Positions 27,181 to 34,925 of a DNA stretch of 64,000 bases are shown piece by piece. Made by a program: the position numbers and the translations under genes. The DNA is from a virus. The stretch is taken from the IMG/VR virus record IMGVR_UViG_3300018080_000002, positions 32,001 through 96,000 of that record, one strand, 5' to 3'. Each line of letters opens with the position of its first letter. Positions within the stretch are counted from its first letter, which is position 1. The notes beneath the pieces are model-generated. The model had not been told where the DNA came from and made no database searches. It saw only the letters and a program-made list of their open reading frames with translations.

Positions 27181-27189
27181 TGGTATAAT
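27181..27189 (+). promoter_or_regulatory. Extended -10 promoter
   Basis: TGGTATAAT ahead of an AGGAGG RBS. Confidence 0.45.
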
Positions 27190-27223
27190 ATAGCCAGAAA
27201 CCATTCCAAAAGGAGGGCTGGCT

Positions 27224-28084
27224 ATGTTTAGATTAGCAATCATAGCTTTGTCGTTTTGCCTCTCCTGCTCGATGTTTGCCCGTACAAATGTTAAGACGTT
27301 CATGCCTGAAAATGACTTACATTTAGAGGATGATCTTTTTTCTCTATATGGTACTTCCGAACAAGAATTTTATGACGTTATCGAGGATGCTGAGAGGGTA
27401 TTTGCTCCTATCGTAGAAAGGCTTGGGGGTAGATTGTATATCTATAAAAAGTGGTATGATAGCACTGTTAATGCAATGACTTATAGACAAGGAGATTGGT
27501 GGATCATTGAAATGTATGGTGGTTTGGCTCGTAGACGAGAAATAACTAGAGATGGTTTTAACATGGTTCTTTGTCATGAGTTTGGTCATCAACTTGGAGG
27601 ATTCCCTTTCGTTCAAGATTGGGCTGCGGCTGAAGGTCAATCGGATTATTATGCGACTCATGCGTGTGCTAAACTGCTTTGGGCTAATGACGACAATTCT
27701 TGGACAAGACGCCAAATTCCCGCTTTTCCGAAGGGATTATGTGATAGGACTTGGAAGTCTCAAGCTGATCGTGATCTGTGCTACAGGAGCATGTTAGCGA
27801 GTAAATCGACAAATGATTTGCTGGCTGTTTTGAGTGGAGAGAGGGTTAATTATAATACGCCAGATCGATCTGTGGTTAGACGGACGAATACCAGTTATCC
27901 GAGAACTACTCAGTGTAGGCTGGATACCATGATGGCGGGAAGTGTCTGTGTAGCTCGCTGGAATCATGGAAGAATCCCGTCAACTGAAAGGAGTTCAGTT
28001 TATTATTTGTGTTCTACGGCTAGAGGTTATAGTATGGGGGTTAGACCGCGTTGTTGGTTTGCTCCTAGAATTGGGTTGCATTAG
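27224..28084 (+). CDS. Secreted Cys-rich zinc metallopeptidase (HExxH)
   Basis: Signal peptide; MYGGLARR..IT.DGF.MVLCHEFGH.LGG.P...EGQSDYYA; QCRLDT; RPRCW. Confidence 0.75.
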   Translation: MFRLAIIALSFCLSCSMFARTNVKTFMPENDLHLEDDLFSLYGTSEQEFYDVIEDAERVFAPIVERLGGRLYIYKKWYDSTVNAMTYRQGDWWIIEMYGGLARRREITRDGFNMVLCHEFGHQLGGFPFVQDWAAAEGQSDYYATHACAKLLWANDDNSWTRRQIPAFPKGLCDRTWKSQADRDLCYRSMLASKSTNDLLAVLSGERVNYNTPDRSVVRRTNTSYPRTTQCRLDTMMAGSVCVARWNHGRIPSTERSSVYYLCSTARGYSMGVRPRCWFAPRIGLH

Positions 28085-28154
28085 TATGAGTGATGTTGTA
28101 TATCAACAAATTATAAGGTTGATCTTGTAAGAGAGGATTATTCGCATGTTTTTT

Positions 28155-28270
28155 TTAGCACCACAAAAGCCAGAGATTAATGGTCATCAAGATTGGTACG
28201 ATGATCCGTAGGTGCTAATAAATAAAGTTTTCCCAACGCCTTAGCACCAAAAAGCTGAGGCGTTTTTTTT
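28155..28270 (+). promoter_or_regulatory. Attenuator-like leader with an intrinsic terminator upstream of the TROVE gene
   Basis: Terminator AACGCCTTAGC/GCTGAGGCGTT (28235-28264) + T-tract. GGTGCTAA (28211-28218) is complementary to TTAGCACC at both 28155 and 28241. Confidence 0.6.
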
Positions 28271-28295
28271 ATCCCGTATTTTTCGGAGGTGTAAG

Positions 28296-29876
28296 GTGTC
28301 AAGGTTTAATTCAACAGCAACTAAGGGGGTTCAGACTGTAAAAAATCACGGTGGAGCTGATTCGTACAAACTATCCAAGGAAGTAGAATTGTATTCGGTT
28401 GTTTGCAATAGTTTGATAACGGACAAGTATTACGAGAGTGGAGATAGTCAGCTCGCTAGAATCATAGAGTTGGTAAAAGACTGCGATCCAGTTTTTGTCG
28501 CTAACTTGGCATCCTATGCGCGTAACGAAATGAATTTGAGGACGGTTCCTGTGGTCTTGAGTACGTTGTTATGTAGGAATGTGGGTGGATCTGTAGCCAA
28601 AGATGCGGTTTTCAGGACGGTAAAACGTGCTGATGAAATCACTGAGGTTCTTGGTTATTTCGCTCAATTAAACAAAGACAATTGGAAAAAGATTAGCGAA
28701 AAAGGCCATATCAAGACTAAGAAAATGTCGAAATACTCTCACTCTTTAAAGAGAGGTATTGCGAAGGTATTTGAGTCTGGAAGGTTCGATCGATACCAAT
28801 TTTCTAAGTATAACAGGCAACGAGAATTTTCGTTCAAAGATGCTTTGTTTCTTTGCAATCCTAAGCCTCAGAACGATGAGATGGCTGAACTATTCAAGTT
28901 GATTGCGAGTGATGAATTGGGGTCTGCTGATACTTGGGAAGCTAAACAATCGGCTCTAGGTCAGGAGAATAAGGAGAAATCGGAGGATGAGGCGAAGGTA
29001 TCCAAGCTAGAGGTTTGGAAAGAGATGATTGCGAACAAAAAGCTTGGACACATGGCTTTGCTGAGAAACCTCAACAACATCCTTAAATGTAAGCCTGACT
29101 CTGCTTTTATGGATGATGTATGTCGAGAGCTGGTTCGTGGTGCTAAGAAAAGTAAGCAGTTTCCTTTTAGGTACTGGAGTGCCTATAAGACATTACAGAA
29201 AGATCATGGTCATCACTCAGATCCATTTCTGTTTCAGAAAGTATCTGATGCTCTGGAGCAGGCGATTAGGGATAGTATCAAGAGTATGAGTAAGTTTGAT
29301 GGAAATACTTTGATTGCCTGTGACGTTTCGGGATCGATGGTTACACCTGTTTCAGATAAGTCGATCATTCAAAATATCGATATAGGTTTGGTTCTTGGTT
29401 GTTTGTTAAAAAACGTTCAGAAACTAAATACTATTTTAGGTGTTTTCGGTGACGAATTTAAGATCATTACAGGTATCGGTAATGGGGTTTTGGCTGATGT
29501 CAGGAGTTCATTTGACTGGTCTCATAAAGTCGGTTGGTCGACTATGGGATACAAGGTCATTGAATACCTGAACAAAAGAAATTTGGATGTGAATCAGGTT
29601 CTTGTTTTCACTGACTGTCAGGTTTATGGATCTGCTGGAAATGGATACTACAGCAATGGTAATGAGATGGAGAGACAGTGGAGTATTTACAAGAGCAAGC
29701 ATCCTAATGCAAAGCTCTATATGTTCGATCTTTCTGGATATGGAAACGTGCCTCTAAGATTGGACAAAGGCGATGTTATTCATGTCGCTGGCTGGTCCGA
29801 TAGGATCTTTGAGGCGGTTGAGTATCTAAGAAAGGGATCTGATGCAGTAGATATGATTATGAACTATACTAGGTAA
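28296..29876 (+). CDS. rsr: TROVE-domain RNA-binding protein (Ro60/Rsr orthologue) with vWA domain
   Basis: YARNEMNLRTVP, RADEITE, FD.YQF.KY, TWE, MALLRNL.NI, SKQFPFR; vWA DVSGSM, VFTDCQ, AGWSDRIF. Confidence 0.9.
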   Translation: MSRFNSTATKGVQTVKNHGGADSYKLSKEVELYSVVCNSLITDKYYESGDSQLARIIELVKDCDPVFVANLASYARNEMNLRTVPVVLSTLLCRNVGGSVAKDAVFRTVKRADEITEVLGYFAQLNKDNWKKISEKGHIKTKKMSKYSHSLKRGIAKVFESGRFDRYQFSKYNRQREFSFKDALFLCNPKPQNDEMAELFKLIASDELGSADTWEAKQSALGQENKEKSEDEAKVSKLEVWKEMIANKKLGHMALLRNLNNILKCKPDSAFMDDVCRELVRGAKKSKQFPFRYWSAYKTLQKDHGHHSDPFLFQKVSDALEQAIRDSIKSMSKFDGNTLIACDVSGSMVTPVSDKSIIQNIDIGLVLGCLLKNVQKLNTILGVFGDEFKIITGIGNGVLADVRSSFDWSHKVGWSTMGYKVIEYLNKRNLDVNQVLVFTDCQVYGSAGNGYYSNGNEMERQWSIYKSKHPNAKLYMFDLSGYGNVPLRLDKGDVIHVAGWSDRIFEAVEYLRKGSDAVDMIMNYTR

Positions 29877-29877
29877 A

Positions 29878-29916
29878 TATAGCGACGATGTTAGAACATA
29901 GCATTGTCGCTATTTT
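29878..29916 (+). terminator. Hairpin between the TROVE gene and the tRNA array
   Basis: TAGCGACGATGTTA/TAGCATTGTCGCTA followed by TTTT. Confidence 0.5.
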
Positions 29917-29992
29917 GGGGTATGGGACTGCAAGGAGTGGTCACTGGCCTGTCACGCCAGAAATCAGGCGGGTTCAATTCCCGCATATCCCG
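29917..29992 (+). tRNA. tRNA-Asp(GTC)
   Basis: Cloverleaf; anticodon arm CTGGC-CTGTCAC-GCCAG. Confidence 0.85.
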
Positions 29993-29997
29993 TTTAC

Positions 29998-30069
29998 GCG
30001 GCTATAGGACAATGGCTAGTCCATCGGATTTTCAGTCCGGGCATCGGGGTTCGACTCCCCGTAGCCGTA
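29998..30069 (+). tRNA. tRNA-Glu(TTC)
   Basis: TCGGA-TTTTCAG-TCCGG; T loop TTCGACT. Confidence 0.85.
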
Positions 30070-30134
30070 TTTTGTATGACTGCTTCCGGTTTTTTTACGG
30101 AACCATATGTAGCAACGTTGGGAGAGTAAGGTTT

Positions 30135-30207
30135 GGAAGGGTAACTCAGTTGGTAGAGTGGCATCCTGATAAGGTGCTGGTCGATGGTTCAAGTCCATCC
30201 CTTTCCA
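30135..30207 (+). tRNA. tRNA-Ile(GAT)
   Basis: GCATC-CTGATAA-GGTGC. Confidence 0.9.
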
Positions 30208-30217
30208 CTTGTTTTAG

Positions 30218-30287
30218 GGGGCATCCTGTAGACGAGGTAACGCTCAAGTACGGGGGGATGTTGCGGGTTCGATCCCCGTGTGCTCCA
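30218..30287 (+). ncRNA. tRNA-like element with an Ala-type acceptor stem and T arm but no D or anticodon arm
   Basis: GGGGCAT/GTGCTCC-A (G3.U70, A73); GCGGG-TTCGATC-CCCGT. Confidence 0.5.
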
Positions 30288-30296
30288 CTTGAATGA

Positions 30297-30368
30297 TGGG
30301 ATGTAGCTCAGTGGTAGAGCAAGCGGCTGTTAACCGCTAGGTCGCGGGTTCGATCCCCGCTTTCCCAG
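30297..30368 (+). tRNA. tRNA-Asn(GTT)
   Basis: AGCGG-CTGTTAA-CCGCT. Confidence 0.9.
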
Positions 30369-30373
30369 CTTAA

Positions 30374-30446
30374 GCAACGGTAGCTCAGTCGGTAGAGCAC
30401 CAGACTGAAAATCTGGGTGTCGTTGGTTCAATTCCAACCCGTTGCA
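30374..30446 (+). tRNA. tRNA-Phe(GAA)
   Basis: CCAGA-CTGAAAA-TCTGG. Confidence 0.92.
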
Positions 30447-30456
30447 CTGGTTTTAA

Positions 30457-30529
30457 GGGTCATTAGTTCAGATGGTAGAACACGACACTTTTAATGTCGG
30501 GGTCGCTGGTTCAAGTCCAGCATGACTCA
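30457..30529 (+). tRNA. tRNA-Lys(TTT)
   Basis: CGACA-CTTTTAA-TGTCG. Confidence 0.92.
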
Positions 30530-30538
30530 TTTGATTAT

Positions 30539-30611
30539 TGGGGTGTAGAGCAGTTGGTAGCTCAACAGTTTTTGATGCTGTCGGTCGCTGGTTCGAGTCC
30601 AGCCACCCCAG
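30539..30611 (+). tRNA. tRNA-Gln(TTG)
   Basis: ACAGT-TTTTGAT-GCTGT; U1-A72. Confidence 0.88.
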
Positions 30612-30730
30612 TTTTTAACTCATATGAGTCGAAAACTGCCCTAAAGTTATCGTTTAAAGACATTTTATGGGTAGTTTAGAGGTTGTTTGGGCTGTTAAAT
30701 ACAAATTGTGAGTATTTAGATGTTTTGTTT

Positions 30731-30804
30731 AGGGGAATAGCTCAGTTGGCTAGAGCGATAGATTCCAAATCTATAGGTCATGGGTTCGATCCCTATTTCC
30801 CCTG
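30731..30804 (+). tRNA. tRNA-Trp(CCA)
   Basis: ATAGA-TTCCAAA-TCTAT. Confidence 0.9.
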
Positions 30805-30863
30805 TTTGATTCGACACCGTTTGTAGGTTTGTCGGTGACTAAGTTTAAAAAACCTGCGCTTAT

Positions 30864-30937
30864 GGTGGGCTTATCTCAGTTGGTAGAGAGACGGGTTGTG
30901 ATCTCGTAGGTCGTGGGTTCGAGTCCCACAGTTCACC
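30864..30937 (+). tRNA. tRNA-His(GTG)
   Basis: ACGGG-TTGTGAT-CTCGT; G-1/C73. Confidence 0.9.
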
Positions 30938-30948
30938 CTTTTTTATAT

Positions 30949-31025
30949 CGGGGTATAGCGCAGTCAGGTAGCGCACTTGCTTTGGGAGCAAGTGGTCATC
31001 CGTTCAAATCGGATTACCCCGACCA
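30949..31025 (+). tRNA. tRNA-Pro(TGG), CCA encoded
   Basis: CTTGC-TTTGGGA-GCAAG. Confidence 0.92.
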
Positions 31026-31037
31026 TAAGATTGCTAC

Positions 31038-31101
31038 AGGCGTTGAAAGATCATTAATTTTTAGCCGACGACAGAGTGCTGAGATCCTTTGACGCCTTTT
31101 T
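31038..31101 (+). terminator. Long hairpin + T-tract after tRNA-Pro (terminator or small RNA)
   Basis: AGGCGTTGAA..GATC / GATC..TTTGACGCCT followed by TTTT. Confidence 0.4.
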
Positions 31102-31271
31102 ATTGACATTCATTTTTACCAATGAGAAACTTGAATTTTAGGCTTTGTGTCTATTTATCTTTATTTTAGGCTTATGTATATGTTTTTAAGTTTGTACTCA
31201 AGTTTATATCTATCCTTACTCTATAAGAGTCAGGGGGTTGGTATGGTTTGATACGCTTATAGCATTGCATG

Positions 31272-31310
31272 AAAAACCCCTGATGTCTTAACCGATTTCA
31301 GGGGTTTTTT
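31272..31310 (+). terminator. Intrinsic terminator immediately before the second tRNA block
   Basis: AAAAACCCCTGA/TCAGGGGTTTTT. Confidence 0.55.
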
Positions 31311-31317
31311 GATTTTT

Positions 31318-31408
31318 GGGGGAGCTGCGAAGATTGGCTGGTTTCGCATCGGATTGTAAATCCGGTCCCACAGGGTAAACGTTGTAGGTTCGAGTCCTAC
31401 CTCCCTCA
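31318..31408 (+). tRNA. tRNA-Tyr(GTA)
   Basis: TCGGA-TTGTAAA-TCCGG; long variable arm. Confidence 0.85.
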
Positions 31409-31413
31409 CTTAT

Positions 31414-31487
31414 GGCTCAGTATCCCAATTGGTAGAGGAAGCTGGCTTAGACCCAGTTGGTTGTCAGTTCGAGTCTGACCTGAGCTA
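31414..31487 (+). tRNA. tRNA-Leu(TAG), short variable loop
   Basis: GCTGG-CTTAGAC-CCAGT; 5-nt variable loop. Confidence 0.8.
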
Positions 31488-31497
31488 CTTGTTTTTT

Positions 31498-31572
31498 GGT
31501 CCCGTAGCCCAACTTGGTAGAGGCAATGGATTTAAAATCCATGAGTTATCAGTTCAAATCTGATCGGGACTA
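31498..31572 (+). tRNA. tRNA-Leu(TAA), short variable loop
   Basis: ATGGA-TTTAAAA-TCCAT; 5-nt variable loop. Confidence 0.8.
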
Positions 31573-31576
31573 CTCT

Positions 31577-31660
31577 GGAGGGATGGCCGAATGGTAAGGC
31601 TCTGGATTTGAAATCCAGTGGCGGGTAAAACCGATGGGGGTTCGATTCCCTCTCCCTCTG
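31577..31660 (+). tRNA. tRNA-Ser(TGA)
   Basis: CTGGA-TTTGAAA-TCCAG; long variable arm; G73. Confidence 0.88.
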
Positions 31661-31669
31661 CTTTTCTTT

Positions 31670-31755
31670 GGAGAGTTGCCCGAATGGTTAAGGGAGCACA
31701 TTGCTAATGTGTCGGTCTGAAATATGATCTCAGGGTTCGAGTCCCTGACTCTCCG
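31670..31755 (+). tRNA. tRNA-Ser(GCT)
   Basis: GCACA-TTGCTAA-TGTGT; long variable arm; G73. Confidence 0.88.
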
Positions 31756-31844
31756 TTTTTCTTCAAGTCTTTATTCAATTGATACAATTGCTGAAATGGA
31801 GGATAATGACAAAAAAGAATTTATGTCCAAATTGAGAGATAATA

Positions 31845-32504
31845 ATGTTTAATGAATTAAATTTGATTACGAATAATTGTTTTGAGAGTTTTCCTGGTAG
31901 TAGTCATCCTATAAATCGTAGGATGCAGCCTATTGTTGATTCTATTGTTGGCATGGGGACAGAGAACATTTCATTTATGATCAATGAATTGGTTCGTTGT
32001 TTCGCTGTCAAGGGATCGTATGTTGAGGTGGGGTGTTTACGAGGTCGAAGCTTGATTTCGGCTGCATTTCAAAATGATTCAACCAAGTGTATCGGTATCG
32101 ATAATTTCAGCGAATACGATCATAATAATGAAAACGAGACAGCATTGTTGCAGAACATTAAGAACAGCGGACAAAAAAACATCAAATTTTTTAATGGTGA
32201 TTATAGAGAGATATTGAGCGAGATATTAGATTTTAAGTCAGTAGATGTTTACTTTTATGATGGACCGCATAGATATCAAGATCAACTTGATGGATTAGAA
32301 ATTATGCTTCCCTATTTTAAGGATAAATGTGTCATAATTGTAGATGATGTTTGTTGGTCTAATGTTGCAAGGGCAAACGATGATTTTTGTTTGAAACATG
32401 CTGATTTTAAGCAGTTTGTTAGGGTTGCGCCTCATGATGGCACATTCCCACATGGGCAATGTCCATGGTGGAATGGATTTGAGATCATATATAGGGATGT
32501 ATGA
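31845..32504 (+). CDS. Class I SAM-dependent methyltransferase (Methyltransf_24-like)
   Basis: YVEVGC..G.S, GIDNF, DVYFYDGPH, IIVDD, WWNG. Confidence 0.8.
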   Translation: MFNELNLITNNCFESFPGSSHPINRRMQPIVDSIVGMGTENISFMINELVRCFAVKGSYVEVGCLRGRSLISAAFQNDSTKCIGIDNFSEYDHNNENETALLQNIKNSGQKNIKFFNGDYREILSEILDFKSVDVYFYDGPHRYQDQLDGLEIMLPYFKDKCVIIVDDVCWSNVARANDDFCLKHADFKQFVRVAPHDGTFPHGQCPWWNGFEIIYRDV

Positions 32505-32534
32505 TGCAATAAAATATAAGAATGGAGGCTTATC

Positions 32535-32696
32535 ATGTCATTGACCTTAGCTAAAATATTAATGTTTTTGGTAACTAATAGTGTTTGTAAGAAAATGGCC
32601 GCTGTTCTCATCGAAAGAGGAGTTAAATCTACAAAGACTAAACTTGATGACGACATGGCTGAACCTGTTTTAAAATTTCTTCGAGATGAGTTATAG
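32535..32696 (+). CDS. Small phage protein (53 aa; not in the ORF track)
   Basis: GGAGG RBS; MSLTLAKILMFLVTNSVCKKMAAVLIERGVKSTKTKLDDD. Confidence 0.5.
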   Translation: MSLTLAKILMFLVTNSVCKKMAAVLIERGVKSTKTKLDDDMAEPVLKFLRDEL

Positions 32697-32702
32697 TAAT
32701 AT

Positions 32703-32776
32703 TGCGGTGTGGAGAAGTGGCTATCTCAGGGGTCTCATAATCCCCAGATCGTTCGGTTCGAGTCCGACCACCGCAA
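32703..32776 (+). tRNA. tRNA-Met(CAT), initiator-like
   Basis: CTCATAA loop; TGCGGTG-TGGAG 5' end and AGATC variable loop resemble tRNA-fMet. Confidence 0.8.
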
Positions 32777-32872
32777 CTAATTCCGTTATTTCAGAATAGT
32801 AAACTCGAAAGCGCATTCGCTTTATAGTATAATTCCATTGTTGATCAACAATTTTTTTGAAGGAGTGCAGTT

Positions 32873-33976
32873 ATGAGGCATTTAATTTTTCTGCTGTTGT
32901 TGATGATCCCTTCGGGGTTATTGGCGCAGGAAATCGAAGAGGAGGAGTATCTTTTTTTACCGGAAAATGATCTCCATTTAGAGGATGGTTACAATGATTT
33001 GAATTTCATGGAAGATTCTGCGGAATTGAATTGTTGGCCTAAACCTCGACCAAAGCCGCCGAAACCTAAACCACCTTGTCCAAAACCTGATCCAGATCCA
33101 TGTCCACCAGATGATCCTGGTCAAGATCCACCACCTCCTTGTCCCGATCCTGATCCACCTTGTCCAAAACCTGATCCAAAACCTGATCCAGATCCATGTC
33201 CAAAGCCTAAGCCTCCGACATGCAATATCTCTGAAGCTGAGTTTAACGAGCTTTTAAGCAAGATGGAGAGCAAGTATAAGCCTATTTTTGAAGGGAATAA
33301 TTTCCGTTTAAGAGTAGAGCGAAAATGGGCTGATCCTACAGTGAATCTCAAGACATCCAGAGTTTTTGGTTATGTGGTTGTTAAAGCATATGGGGGTCTT
33401 GCTAGACGATGTGAGATCACCAGAGATGGTTTCGTATTAGCGATGTGTCATGAGTTTGGAAGATTCCTCGGAGGTTTTTCTAAGAATCGTTGGGGTCAAT
33501 CTGTAGCCGGACAGGGTGATTATTTCTCAACTCTGTCGTGTGGTAGAGAGATGTGGCGCAATGATTATGATGAGAACTCGGCTTACAAGTATAAGACTCC
33601 TGCTTACATTCAGAGCTTATGTGATGAGGTTTTCCATGATGAAAATTCAAGAAACCTCTGTAAGCGTCAGGTGATGGCGGGGAAGTCGATCGCTGACCTA
33701 ATGGCGGTACTTGAGAACAGTTATGTTGAGTTTGACAATCATGATTTTAGCGAAGTCGACAAGACATTAGATTGTCATCCGACCTCTCAATGCAGGATGG
33801 ATTCTTACATTGCTGGAGCCATCTGCAAAAAGAATTGGAATCCGCTTTATATTCCAAAAACAGAGCTAGAATCGGTAAATTATAGCTGTACCGAATATGG
33901 GGGGTATGTTTTAGGGATTAGACCGAAGTGTTGGTATAAGCCTACTCTTCCTTCGTGCAATGGTTCGGGATGCTAA
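32873..33976 (+). CDS. Secreted paralogue of the 27224 metallopeptidase with a Pro/Asp/Cys repeat insert and degenerate HExxH (HEFGR)
   Basis: Shares PENDLHLED, YGGLARR.EITRDGF, QCR.D and RP.CW with the 27224 protein. Confidence 0.75.
   Translation: MRHLIFLLLLMIPSGLLAQEIEEEEYLFLPENDLHLEDGYNDLNFMEDSAELNCWPKPRPKPPKPKPPCPKPDPDPCPPDDPGQDPPPPCPDPDPPCPKPDPKPDPDPCPKPKPPTCNISEAEFNELLSKMESKYKPIFEGNNFRLRVERKWADPTVNLKTSRVFGYVVVKAYGGLARRCEITRDGFVLAMCHEFGRFLGGFSKNRWGQSVAGQGDYFSTLSCGREMWRNDYDENSAYKYKTPAYIQSLCDEVFHDENSRNLCKRQVMAGKSIADLMAVLENSYVEFDNHDFSEVDKTLDCHPTSQCRMDSYIAGAICKKNWNPLYIPKTELESVNYSCTEYGGYVLGIRPKCWYKPTLPSCNGSGC
33037..33219 (+). repeat. Coding PKP/PDP/PPC low-complexity repeats
   Basis: Repeated ccaaaacctgatccagatccatgtcca units. 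Confidence 0.7.
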
Positions 33977-33984
33977 TTCATGTC

Positions 33985-34011
33985 AGGAGGTCCGGTTAAA
34001 TCGGACCTCCT
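33985..34011. terminator. Strong hairpin after the paralogue gene
   Basis: AGGAGGTCCGG-TTAAA-TCGGACCTCCT. Confidence 0.5.
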
Positions 34012-34186
34012 ATGTACTGGCATATCGTATTTCTGTATGATAGTTTTGTTTGATGTTTTTTAATTTGTAAGCAGAGGTTGTTATGACGTTGAATGATAGT
34101 TTTATTTTAGACTTTCTTTCCAAAAACGCTTACCAGAATTTTTATATTGGAAAATTTATGTTGTAAGAGGAGCGCATAAGAGGGCT

Positions 34187-34387
34187 GTGAATATGTGGAC
34201 ATGGTTAAAAAAGAATTTTATAGACATTCAGGATGAGGAGCTGTTGGCAGAGATTCAAAAGGTTGTTGAGGATGAGGAGCTTTTGAAGAAAAGAAAAAAG
34301 TTGGCAGTATCTAAGTTTGAGAAATTTTTGAAAGAGGGTGGAGCGTTGGCATCTGGCATGTCTCCCAGTGATGACGTTTTAGTATGA
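34187..34387 (+). CDS. Hypothetical protein
   Basis: ORF with an internal DEELL repeat. Confidence 0.5.
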   Translation: MNMWTWLKKNFIDIQDEELLAEIQKVVEDEELLKKRKKLAVSKFEKFLKEGGALASGMSPSDDVLV

Positions 34388-34400
34388 TTGGGAATAGAGG

Positions 34401-34925
34401 ATGATTGGAAAATCAAAAGGCTATAGTATGATTTATCACTCTGAAACTGCTAAAATAAGACATAGAATCGATAAATATTTGTTTGAAAAATCAGTGATTG
34501 ATATCGGATGTGGTCCAGACAAAGTTACTCTGGACGCTTTCGGTGTTGATGGTAGACCGCTAAATGGTATTGATTATGTGACGAAGGCGAGAAATGAGAT
34601 TTATCACTTGGATTCTATCCTTGATAAAAGGTTTGATGTTGTTTTTAGCTCTCATGTTCTTGAGCATCTGAAGAGGGATGTCCATGCTCTTAAATCCTGG
34701 TCTAATCTGTTGAATCCTGACGGAGTGATGTTGTTATATTTGCCTGATGATGACTGGTACGATAACGATACGAATCCAGAGCATGTTCAGAGGTATAAAT
34801 ATGTGGATTTTGTGAGGAGGTTCGACCAGTTTGGGGATATTGATTTTTTGGATGTAATAGAGCACTGGCCGGATGTTGGAAAAGATAGATATTCGTTTTT
34901 TGTGGCGTGTAAAAAAAGAATTTAG
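34401..34925 (+). CDS. Class I SAM-dependent methyltransferase (type 11-like)
   Basis: IDIGCG, FDVVFSSHVLEH, L.PDG...LYLP. Confidence 0.85.
   Translation: MIGKSKGYSMIYHSETAKIRHRIDKYLFEKSVIDIGCGPDKVTLDAFGVDGRPLNGIDYVTKARNEIYHLDSILDKRFDVVFSSHVLEHLKRDVHALKSWSNLLNPDGVMLLYLPDDDWYDNDTNPEHVQRYKYVDFVRRFDQFGDIDFLDVIEHWPDVGKDRYSFFVACKKRI

Noticed and set aside
27169-27189. Novel short-spacer promoter class (TTGAC-N8-11-TATAAT, also near 42203 and 55466)
   Set aside because: Spacing is inconsistent between sites and each is explained by an extended -10 or an alternative -35
29904-30679. ORFs 29904-30296, 30016-30198 and 30494-30679
   Set aside because: They overlap clear tRNA genes and are spurious
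29993-31317. Theta (HDV-like) ribozymes at tRNA 3' ends
   Set aside because: No nested double-pseudoknot or HDV L3 motif recognisable in the spacers by eye; a descriptor search would be needed to exclude them fully
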